Shown one piece after another: positions 8,574-16,611 of a DNA stretch of 64,000 bases. The notes beneath the pieces are model-generated. The model searched no databases. It was not told where the DNA came from and was given only the letters and a program-made list of their open reading frames with translations. The DNA is from Bdellovibrio sp. (GTDB lineage: Bacteria > Bdellovibrionota > Bdellovibrionia > Bdellovibrionales > Bdellovibrionaceae). Location of the stretch: the NCBI GenBank assembly GCA_036677065.1, contig JAKFBS010000002.1, forward strand, positions 384,001-448,000, given 5' to 3'. A program made the translations under genes and the position numbers. Positions within the stretch are counted from its first letter, which is position 1, and each line of letters opens with the position of its first letter.

Positions 8574-10670
8574 CTAGTTTGCTGTTGGCACGCCGCCGTT
8601 ACAATCGCCATCTGGACAATTGTTACCAGTTCCACCTTCAGATACCGGAGGGCAAGTTGCTGGTGGGTAAACTGAAGTTCCATTTTGACAAATTGTCGGT
8701 GCCGGACAAGTTGACGGGCCCGGTGGCGTGTAGAATGGAGTTACGCCATCCGCACACACACCTTGCTGAACAACTGTGTCACACTGACAAGTACTTAAGT
8801 TATAAACCTGTTGGCCCGGCGTACACGCATTCGCAGACGGACACGCACAAGCTCCATTTTCTAAAACTTTTGGAGCCAGACAAATTGGCGGCTGAACAAC
8901 CGGATCACAAGCGCATGTCGTTGGATTTTGCGCCGTATTTACCGGACAAGTCGTCTGACAACCTTGCGGAGGAGGAGGCACGACTGGTTTATCTTTTTTC
9001 TTTTTCTTAAATAAGAAATACAATAACGCAGCTCCGCCGATAATACCGGCACCGATTAACCATGGTTTCCAGTTAAAGCCAGATCCGCATTTTTTATCTT
9101 CACCTTTTGGTTCTTTACCGTCTTCACAAATGCAAGAGCCTTCTTTTTCGATGGTTTCGCCTGTACATTTTAATTCAGTCGCAACTTCCGTAGTTCCGCT
9201 GCCTGACTCAGTAACTTCTGTTACAGGAGCAACAACAGCCGCGCATTGCGCACCCGGAACCGCTTCGCCGCCACCATCACAAGGACATTTAAGCGTCTCT
9301 GGATTTACAGATTTATTTTCAGGACAACCTGGTTTTTTCGTTAACACTTCAGCAACGAATAAGAAACGTTTGTGTAATTGATCACACGCGCCCCAGAAGT
9401 TTTTATCGTATTGATCTTTTTCAACAGCTGCCGAGGCACAATCTGCACGAGCTGCTGAGATTGTCGAGTCAAACTGTGATTGAATTTCTTGAAGTTTTTT
9501 TAATAAATCTTCAGTGATGTTTCCACTTTCAAAAGCATTTTTCATATCTGGAGTACCTGAAAGCATACTTGCTAGATATTTTCTTGTGTTTTCAATGACC
9601 GCCGGGTCTTTTAAAGCTTCAGCTTTATTTTCTTCTAAGATTCCTTGGTAACGGCTAGCATCTTTTTTAGCAGAAGCTAACTTTGGTAAAGACAACTCAA
9701 CAGCCGTTAAAGGCATTTTAGCGTCACAACCTTTATTGTAGTGAGTCGCTGTTTGTAATTCAGCTTCATTAGTTAAACAGAATTGTTTACCACCATCGCC
9801 AAAACCATAAATCGTCGGATTACACGGGAAATTACAACCTGTTGATTTTGCGCCTGTTGGGTATTTACATTTTTTATCTGCTCCGTAAGTACCGATGTAA
9901 CCTGCAACCACACACTTCGTACCGACAGCAAAAGCTTCTGCTTCACCATTTAACATAGCAAAAAACATATTCCATTTTTCTAAAGATGAAGTTTTTTTGC
10001 CTTTTTGCGGAATTGCTTTCTTAGTATTGGTCTCTTTTGCATTTAACACATCTTCTGCGCCTGAATGAAGAAGTCGCAAGCCAATCATAAATTGAGCCCG
10101 TTGCGTAGAAGTCATTTTTTTCCACATTTCACGCGTAATTTTTGGCGTGCCTGTGAAGGTGCTCTTCGAAGCTTTAATTACATTCTTATCGTGTTCTTTT
10201 TTGATTTTGATATCTGAAGCCATAAGACGCTTCATTGCCGGTGTAATTAACATCACATCGTTTTCAGTCAGAACCACGTTGTTAAATTTGGCAAATTTTG
10301 CTTTTTCGCCAAAGATCTGTAAGTTATATGATTTACCTTTTTCACTGATGGTCATAGTCGGGATTTTTTCACCCGTAGAGCTCACAGATTCTTTTAAAGT
10401 AAACTCAGGCATTAACTCATTCGGTGAACTCATTAGATAACGTTCAACATCGTTATAAACCTGACCAGAATACAAATGTTTGGTTTTATTCCAAAACTCT
10501 TTATATGTGATGCGCTTATTTAATTGCGTCTCAGACATGAAAGCTTCGATTTGTTTTTTTAATGTTTCTTGCGATTCAATCCCCAGAGCAACTGGTGAAA
10601 AAATCATAGTTAGAACTGAGCCTGTTGCAGCCAGCAGTCTAATAACATTTCTCATAAATCTTGAGTTCAT
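8574..10670 (-). CDS. Secreted/membrane-anchored Cys-rich protein, paralogue A (start moved to ATG 10670)
   Basis: AGGAG SD before ATG 10670; signal peptide (..SPVALG); 32 Cys; TM WLIGAGIIGGAALLYFLF followed by KKKKK; clearly homologous to 6462..8555. Confidence 0.85.
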   Translation of the reverse strand: MNSRFMRNVIRLLAATGSVLTMIFSPVALGIESQETLKKQIEAFMSETQLNKRITYKEFWNKTKHLYSGQVYNDVERYLMSSPNELMPEFTLKESVSSTGEKIPTMTISEKGKSYNLQIFGEKAKFAKFNNVVLTENDVMLITPAMKRLMASDIKIKKEHDKNVIKASKSTFTGTPKITREMWKKMTSTQRAQFMIGLRLLHSGAEDVLNAKETNTKKAIPQKGKKTSSLEKWNMFFAMLNGEAEAFAVGTKCVVAGYIGTYGADKKCKYPTGAKSTGCNFPCNPTIYGFGDGGKQFCLTNEAELQTATHYNKGCDAKMPLTAVELSLPKLASAKKDASRYQGILEENKAEALKDPAVIENTRKYLASMLSGTPDMKNAFESGNITEDLLKKLQEIQSQFDSTISAARADCASAAVEKDQYDKNFWGACDQLHKRFLFVAEVLTKKPGCPENKSVNPETLKCPCDGGGEAVPGAQCAAVVAPVTEVTESGSGTTEVATELKCTGETIEKEGSCICEDGKEPKGEDKKCGSGFNWKPWLIGAGIIGGAALLYFLFKKKKKDKPVVPPPPQGCQTTCPVNTAQNPTTCACDPVVQPPICLAPKVLENGACACPSANACTPGQQVYNLSTCQCDTVVQQGVCADGVTPFYTPPGPSTCPAPTICQNGTSVYPPATCPPVSEGGTGNNCPDGDCNGGVPTAN

Positions 10671-10742
10671 GACGTCTCCTGTTTTTAATCCTTGAAAGTA
10701 TCTCAAAAAAGTCCGTTTTATATTCAATACAAATACAGTCCC

Positions 10743-10769
10743 ATATCGGTGTCTCATTTTAAAAACTTA
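10743..10769 (-). promoter_or_regulatory. sigma28 (FliA)-type promoter of the Cys-rich operon
   Basis: TAAG-N15-ACCGATAT versus consensus TAAA-N15-GCCGATAA. Confidence 0.7.
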
Positions 10770-10799
10770 AATCATTATGTTACGATCAAAATGAGACAC
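10749..10799. repeat. Perfect 12-bp inverted repeat GTGTCTCATTTT / AAAATGAGACAC, 27-bp spacer
   Basis: Arms at 10749-10760 and 10788-10799, overlapping the sigma28 promoter. Confidence 0.8.
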
Positions 10800-10805
10800 T
10801 TTAGG

Positions 10806-11312
10806 CTATTTTTTACGGCGTTCAGAATCGCGAACATCAGTTCGGCGATCATCACTTTGGTCTGTAGAAGTCCACTTCATACGGCGATCGATATAGGGGA
10901 ATTTAAAGTAAAATGCGATCACCAAAACGCCTAAAGTCGTTACCACCGCTAAAATCGAGAAAATCTTAAGAAAGTGGGGTTCGATCGAATTCGGGTCTGC
11001 CTGAAAAAGTCTAATGGCATTGATTCCTAAAACCAGGACTAAGGTAATAATGGCCACAGTCCAAGAAAGCTTATGCTGGATAAATAATAAAACACCTGTA
11101 AACATCAAAAGCCCAAGCCAAACCCAGTCAAATGTTGAAATGGTTTTTAATAAGGCGATAAAAATAGGTGGCTCATACCAATTTGTTAAGCCAGAACCTA
11201 AAAAGCTTATTAGGATATTTCCCAAGGGGGCCAAGATGAACATGATGGCCATGGCATAAACGCCGAGAGGTTTTTGAAGACTCGCTGTTGATTCATCCGG
11301 TGTATTATTCAT
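10806..11312 (-). CDS. 4-TM membrane protein with Arg-rich cytoplasmic tail
   Basis: Four hydrophobic segments; tail FPYIDRR...DDRR...ERR. Confidence 0.75.
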   Translation of the reverse strand: MNNTPDESTASLQKPLGVYAMAIMFILAPLGNILISFLGSGLTNWYEPPIFIALLKTISTFDWVWLGLLMFTGVLLFIQHKLSWTVAIITLVLVLGINAIRLFQADPNSIEPHFLKIFSILAVVTTLGVLVIAFYFKFPYIDRRMKWTSTDQSDDRRTDVRDSERRKK

Positions 11313-11402
11313 GCCTATAGCATAAACAGTAAGTCTATTTTTGAATACCAGAATGTTATAAAAGGTCTAGTTTCTGCAGGGGTTTTAGGCTATAAAAATC
11401 CT

Positions 11403-12437
11403 ATGCCTACACCTACTTTTCCCACTTCTTTATACAATCTTTTAGATGTCGAACTTTACGTGGTTCTTGGCATCCTTTGTTTTGGTACATTTCTATTTTA
11501 TAAATCGTTTTTAAAGCGCGCCTCGCAAGTTCGCCATCAAAACATTCAGAATCATCTAAAAGTAATCAACCGTCACTTTTTTGGTTTAACTTTCTTACTT
11601 GTTGTTTTTCTTTTATTGCGCGACCAAATTGATGCTTCGGTCTTAGTAAAAAAACTAACTCCCTACGTGGCCACGATGACCTATTTAGCTGGAGTGATCC
11701 TGTTTGTACGAGTTTGTCGTCTTAATGTATTGATGTATCTATTCTTAGGATCAATGACTGCCGGGGTTCCGTTACTGTTGGTGAATATTTTTTCTTTGAT
11801 TTTATTTGTAAGTATCAGCATTTGGTCGGCGTCGCATTTATTTGGCGTGCAAGTGGCTCCGCTATTAGCTACATCAGCGGCCCTTTCAGTCATTCTGGGT
11901 CTAGCACTGCAAGACACTTTAGGAAATTTATTTGCCGGCATTTCTTTGCAAGTTGATAAAACTTTTGAAATCGGCGATTGGCTAGAAGTTCAAAATGGTT
12001 CATGCAAAGTCGTTGGCCAAGTCAAAGAACTTACCTGGAGATCAACAATTTTAGTTGGTTGGTCAGACGAAATCATCACCCTGCCAAATAAAGTGATGGC
12101 CTCATCTCAGGTTTCAAATTTCTCACCTCCCGACACCCCGATCTTACGCCGCCAGGTTTTTCGCATCCCGCATTCACAAAACGCCTATGCCGCCAAAGAT
12201 CTTTTAGAAAGAGCCGTTTCGCAAATTGCTGATGTGCGCGCGATCCCTTCGCCGTTAGCGTTTATCTCTGAGATCAACGAAAACTGGACTGAAATTAAAG
12301 TTGCTTACTTCATTGATTCTTACGGCAGACAATTTCTAATCGGTGATAAAGTGTATGCCTTAGGCCAAGATACGCTTTTACAAAATGGTTTTAAACTAGC
12401 TCACCAGGTGTTTGAGGTAAAAAATGAAGCCCGTTAA
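11403..12437 (+). CDS. Small-conductance mechanosensitive channel (MscS family)
   Basis: GLALQDTLGNLFAGI, FEIGDW, G.V.ELTWRST, LPN motifs. Confidence 0.9.
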   Translation: MPTPTFPTSLYNLLDVELYVVLGILCFGTFLFYKSFLKRASQVRHQNIQNHLKVINRHFFGLTFLLVVFLLLRDQIDASVLVKKLTPYVATMTYLAGVILFVRVCRLNVLMYLFLGSMTAGVPLLLVNIFSLILFVSISIWSASHLFGVQVAPLLATSAALSVILGLALQDTLGNLFAGISLQVDKTFEIGDWLEVQNGSCKVVGQVKELTWRSTILVGWSDEIITLPNKVMASSQVSNFSPPDTPILRRQVFRIPHSQNAYAAKDLLERAVSQIADVRAIPSPLAFISEINENWTEIKVAYFIDSYGRQFLIGDKVYALGQDTLLQNGFKLAHQVFEVKNEAR

Positions 12438-13197
12438 TCGCGACCACCCGTTAGCTGTAAAAATCAGAAAACAAATCACCCAAGCGCTAAGCGATTACAA
12501 AATGATTGCCGATGGCGACAAAGTGATGGTTTGCGTATCTGGTGGTAAAGATTCATCGATTCTAACTATTTTATTAGAAGAAATCAGAAAACGCGCCGAG
12601 ATTGAATTTACATTAAGTGCTGTGCTATTAGATCAGAAACAACCTGGCTTTGACGTTGCTGCGTTTAAAACGTGGATTGAATCTGAAGGTATCGAATTTC
12701 ACATGATCGAAAAAGACACCTACTCTGTAGTAAAAGAAAAAGTAACTAATGGCGTTTACTGCTCGCTATGTTCAAAAATGCGCCGTGCGATTTTGTACGA
12801 TTATGCTCATGCGAATAAATACTCAAAAATGGCGTTAGGCCACCACCGCACTGATTTAATCGAAACCACGATGTTAAATATGTTCTACACAGGTAATGTT
12901 TCAACGATGCCCGCAAAACTTCGCTCTGATGATGGCAGAAATATCGTTCTTCGCCCGATGATGTATGTAGCAGAAACTGATTTGATTCAATTAGCAACTG
13001 ATTGGGGATTTCCCGTGATTCCTTGCAATTTATGTGGATCACAAGAAGGCATGAAACGCAAAAAAATGAAAAAACTAATCACTGAATTAGAAAAAGATAT
13101 TCCTAATTTAAGCGCTAGCTTTATCACTGCTTTACAAAATGTTAAGCCAAGCCATATGCTTGATAAGAATCTGTATAATTTCGAGGAGCTACCGTGA
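12424..13197 (+). CDS. ttcA: tRNA 2-thiocytidine(32) synthetase TtcA
   Basis: SGGKDS PP-loop, CSLCS, GHH, PCNLCGSQ. Confidence 0.95.
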   Translation: MKPVNRDHPLAVKIRKQITQALSDYKMIADGDKVMVCVSGGKDSSILTILLEEIRKRAEIEFTLSAVLLDQKQPGFDVAAFKTWIESEGIEFHMIEKDTYSVVKEKVTNGVYCSLCSKMRRAILYDYAHANKYSKMALGHHRTDLIETTMLNMFYTGNVSTMPAKLRSDDGRNIVLRPMMYVAETDLIQLATDWGFPVIPCNLCGSQEGMKRKKMKKLITELEKDIPNLSASFITALQNVKPSHMLDKNLYNFEELP

Positions 13198-14510
13198 TCG
13201 GAAAAAAGTTTTTAGATTTGAAAGAAAAAGCGTTACATAATAAATCCTTAGAGATATCAACGCGAATTGAAAACCTAAAAAAACTTTTAACTTGGATCGA
13301 AAAAAACGAAAACGAAATAAAAAAGGCGCTTAATTTAGACTTTCAAAAATCTGAATTCGAAACTCAAACTACCGAAATCGGTGTAGTAAAAACTGAAATC
13401 AAATATTTTATTAAAAATTTAAAAGCTTGGGCAAAACCTGAACGTGTAAAAACACCAATGACTTTATTTGGTCACACAAGCACAATTCATTACGAACCAA
13501 AAGGCGTAGTTTTGATTATAGCGCCGTGGAATTACCCGTTCCAGCTGACGATCAACCCTTTAATTCCAGCGCTTGCAGCCGGCAATACAGTCGTTATCAA
13601 GCCCAGCGAACTTACTCCACACACAAGCAAACTCATTCATCAAATGGCTAGCGAAGTTTTTGCAAGCGACGAAGTGATTTGCGAATTGGGTGGTAAAGAA
13701 AAAACTGAAGAGTTACTTACTTATGATTTTGATCATGTGTTTTTCACAGGCTCTACACCCGTTGGCCGCATTATCGCACAAGCCTGTGCTAAAAAACTAA
13801 TTCCCTACACGTTAGAATTAGGCGGAAAATCTCCAACGATTATTGATGAAACAGCAGACATCAACGATGCGGCCGAAAAAGTTTACTGGGGTAAGTTTTT
13901 AAACCGCGGGCAAACTTGCGTGGCGCCTGATTATATTTTAATTCATCGTTCAAAAAAAGATGAGTTTATCGAAAAATTTAAACAGCTTGAAAAAGCAAAT
14001 TCAGAAAAACCTACAGGTTTTGTAAATAACCAGCATCAAGATCGTGTAGCGAAATTGACTGGCAATAATACTGATTTTAAAGCGACAACCTGCCAACTTA
14101 TTGATTCGCCAGATTTAAATTCAGATATCATGAAAAATGAAATCTTTGGACCAATCGCTCCGATTATAGCTTTTGATACGTTAGCTGACGCTTATAAAAT
14201 CATGGCGTTAAACCCGTACCCATTAGCGCTTTATATTTTTTCAAATTCAAAGGCCAATATTGAAGATATCTTAAACAAAACTCAATCCGGCGGCGTTGCG
14301 ATTAATAACGTGATCGTGCATCTTGCAAATCACTATTTACCATTCGGGGGCATTCGCACCAGCGGTAACGGCACATATCACGGTCATTTTGGATTTTTAG
14401 AATTTTCACACAGACGTTCAGTGATTGAACAAAAGTTTTTATCTAAAACTATGCGTTTTGTTTTTCCGCCATACACAAACTTTAAAAAGAAATTAATGGA
14501 AAAGCTTTAG
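13194..14510 (+). CDS. Aldehyde dehydrogenase (ALDH3/CalB-like)
   Basis: PWNYP, KPSE, FTGS, LELGGKSP, GQTCVAPDY, EIFGP, PFGG. Confidence 0.95.
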   Translation: MIGKKFLDLKEKALHNKSLEISTRIENLKKLLTWIEKNENEIKKALNLDFQKSEFETQTTEIGVVKTEIKYFIKNLKAWAKPERVKTPMTLFGHTSTIHYEPKGVVLIIAPWNYPFQLTINPLIPALAAGNTVVIKPSELTPHTSKLIHQMASEVFASDEVICELGGKEKTEELLTYDFDHVFFTGSTPVGRIIAQACAKKLIPYTLELGGKSPTIIDETADINDAAEKVYWGKFLNRGQTCVAPDYILIHRSKKDEFIEKFKQLEKANSEKPTGFVNNQHQDRVAKLTGNNTDFKATTCQLIDSPDLNSDIMKNEIFGPIAPIIAFDTLADAYKIMALNPYPLALYIFSNSKANIEDILNKTQSGGVAINNVIVHLANHYLPFGGIRTSGNGTYHGHFGFLEFSHRRSVIEQKFLSKTMRFVFPPYTNFKKKLMEKL

Positions 14511-14911
14511 AACTTTTCTGTACGCATTTTTTTGATATCAGATTTTTTAGTTTTACTATCGAGACGTCTTCGCACCGAAGATTTAGTGGGTTTTGTTTTT
14601 ACGCGTTTTTTAGGAACATAAAGCGCTTTTTCTAAAAGGTGAGATAAATTTTCAATTGCTGTATCTTTATTTGATTTTTGATCGCGCTGTTCTTCACTGC
14701 GTACTGTGATAAACTGACCTTGCACTAAACGATGCGCTAAATTTTTAAATAAAAGTGATTTTTGCGAATCCGGAATTTTTAGTAATAAAATATTAAGCTT
14801 TGCGATCACGGCAGAGTTTGTTTTATTCACATGCTGACCGCCAGCACCTGAGGATCTGGTCATTGAAAACTCAACGGCATCAAGAATTGTTTCTAAGCTA
14901 ATTTGAGCCAT
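14507..14911 (-). CDS. arfB: Alternative ribosome rescue factor ArfB
   Basis: RSSGAGGQHVNKT GGQ motif, basic tail KPTKSSVRRRLDSK. Confidence 0.95.
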   Translation of the reverse strand: MAQISLETILDAVEFSMTRSSGAGGQHVNKTNSAVIAKLNILLLKIPDSQKSLLFKNLAHRLVQGQFITVRSEEQRDQKSNKDTAIENLSHLLEKALYVPKKRVKTKPTKSSVRRRLDSKTKKSDIKKMRTEKF

Positions 14912-14913
14912 GA

Positions 14914-15588
14914 TTATCCATGCGTATGCGGCATTAATACTTCGACCACATAAACCATTAATGAAAGAACAAGTAACATAACTCCAAATATCAATTTTTC
15001 ATTATTTTCTAACCAGTGAAGCTTAACTTTAGCTGCGCCGAAATACATAATCGTCATAAAGATCGTCATGGCAAGCAGTGTTCCGACACCTAGTACTACT
15101 GATAAAACTGCAAAACCCATCCAGCCTAGTGGCCATGCAGACACATATACGGGCAAAAAAGATTCACACGGTGAAAAAGTTAATAACGATAATAAACTTA
15201 ATATCGCCCAACCATCACTGGCCGTTTTTTTGTAATCGTGGTGATGTGGATTTGCGTCATCGCAATGCGAATGTTTATGCCCGCGAAAATGTTGAACGAT
15301 ATTATAAGCCCCGAATAAAAATACGGCCGCTGCGGCAACAAAAATAAAAATCTGTTCTGCATTTTCGCTGATTTTTACGCCAAACCAAACAAGCAAAGCT
15401 CCTAAGAGAGTCGTCGTTAAAACATGCCCAAGACCTGCGATCATTAAAATTGAGAAGGTTTTTTTATAGCTCCATTTTTGTGTACGTGATGCGAGCACAA
15501 AAGGCAGCCAGTGCGTAGGTAATGAAGCGTGTAAAACGGCTACTGTTAATCCAGTAAGGATAGCGGGTAAATACTCGAATGAAAGCAT
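14914..15588 (-). CDS. Ni/Co transporter-like membrane protein (NiCoT/RcnA/DsbD_2-like)
   Basis: HASLPTHW motif in TM1, His-rich loop, SPCE motif, ~6 TM. Confidence 0.65.
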   Translation of the reverse strand: MLSFEYLPAILTGLTVAVLHASLPTHWLPFVLASRTQKWSYKKTFSILMIAGLGHVLTTTLLGALLVWFGVKISENAEQIFIFVAAAAVFLFGAYNIVQHFRGHKHSHCDDANPHHHDYKKTASDGWAILSLLSLLTFSPCESFLPVYVSAWPLGWMGFAVLSVVLGVGTLLAMTIFMTIMYFGAAKVKLHWLENNEKLIFGVMLLVLSLMVYVVEVLMPHTHG

Positions 15589-15634
15589 AGGGTTAGGTGA
15601 TACCCCATGCGTAAAGCTTTACGCAAGCTGGGAC

Positions 15635-15662
15635 TTGACCTTATCATTAAAAAGGTTATTAT
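15635..15662 (+). promoter_or_regulatory. sigma70-type promoter of tRNA-Val
   Basis: TTGACC-N16-TATTAT upstream of the tRNA. Confidence 0.5.
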
Positions 15663-15680
15663 TTACACGCACCAAATAAG

Positions 15681-15756
15681 GCAGACTTAGCTCAGTTGGT
15701 AGAGTACTTGCATGACATGCAAGGTGTCACAGGTTCAAGTCCTGTAGTCTGCACCA
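15681..15756 (+). tRNA. tRNA-Val(GAC)
   Basis: Acceptor stem GCAGACT/AGTCTGC, D-arm AGCTCAGTTGGTAGAG, anticodon arm CTTGC-ATGACAT-GCAAG, GGTTCAAGTCC T-arm, encoded CCA; 76 nt. Confidence 0.97.
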
Positions 15757-15767
15757 ATTTTCTTCAC

Positions 15768-16178
15768 TCACCCCAAAGTCGAAAACTCAGGAGCCTGCTC
15801 GTTAGTCGTTTGCGCGGGGAATAATTTAAGCCATTCTTTCGATGAGTCATGAAATTCAATGCGCACAGAAAAATAATCTCCTGCGATTGAATCATGCTTT
15901 TTCCACATGGCGGCTTTTTTAATTTTTTTTGCAGCCAGACGCTCTTCTTTATCTTTGATTTCTAAGAGAGCTTTACGAGCTAATTTACCGCCCACGGTAT
16001 CATAACCCCGGTTAGCGGGTTTATGTTCTAGATCGCTATCACTGATTCTTGAAAGCTCGGCAAAGGATTCACCTTGTCCGTAACTTTCGGCGCTCGCGTA
16101 GAATGTTAAAGCTTCTATCGCTATTTTTAATTGAGCTTCAAGATCCTGGATCTTGTCGACTTCGTTTTGCGGATTCAT
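15768..16178 (-). CDS. Hypothetical protein
   Basis: 136-aa ORF directly following the DUF1456 gene; converges on the tRNA. Confidence 0.7.
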   Translation of the reverse strand: MNPQNEVDKIQDLEAQLKIAIEALTFYASAESYGQGESFAELSRISDSDLEHKPANRGYDTVGGKLARKALLEIKDKEERLAAKKIKKAAMWKKHDSIAGDYFSVRIEFHDSSKEWLKLFPAQTTNEQAPEFSTLG

Positions 16179-16424
16179 TTATGGCTTATCGACCTTAGGT
16201 TTCTTTTCCATAACGCCACGGTTTTTAATGATCAGACCATTTAAAAAATTTCTTAAAAGCTGATCGCCGCATTCTTGATAATTAGGATGATTTTCATCTC
16301 GAAAAATAGCTGACAGTTCTGATTTTGAAATTTCGTAATCAACGTTTTTTAGACATTCGATGATGTCGGTATCACGAAAAGATAAAGCCACACGCAATTT
16401 TTTGAAGATATCGTTATTTGTCAT
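16179..16424 (-). CDS. DUF1456 (YehS-like) family protein, single-domain form
   Basis: MTNNDIFKKLRVAL...SKSELSA.FR.E.HPNY.ECGDQLLRNFLNGL signature. Confidence 0.85.
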   Translation of the reverse strand: MTNNDIFKKLRVALSFRDTDIIECLKNVDYEISKSELSAIFRDENHPNYQECGDQLLRNFLNGLIIKNRGVMEKKPKVDKP

Positions 16425-16611
16425 AGTCCTAGTCTTAAAGCGAAATACCCCTTAAAAGCAAATGAAACTCTCTCTCCTGCATCGCCGAAGCTGCCGCGAT
16501 GTAAAAATTGTGTACAGCTGGCAAACATTTCGCGCAGAAATCTACGCTCTAAGGTAGTTACCCCCTCTCGCGTAAGCTTTTATTGGCCTTTTTATTGAAA
16601 TATACTTTGTT

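Noticed and set aside
8579..9381. Plus-strand ORFs (143 aa, 83 aa) opposite the Cys-rich gene
   Set aside because: Antisense shadows of GC-richer coding sequence; no SD or motifs
10671..10757. Longer N-termini in the ORF track (also 6519, 25985, 39508, 49773, 58938, 59265)
   Set aside because: Downstream start codons have SD, coupling or promoter support; the extensions overlap promoters, terminators or neighbouring genes
16583..16599. sigma54-like TTGGCCTTTTTATTGAA
   Set aside because: The -12 GC is GA, and a TATACT -10 box just before the ATG explains the promoter equally well
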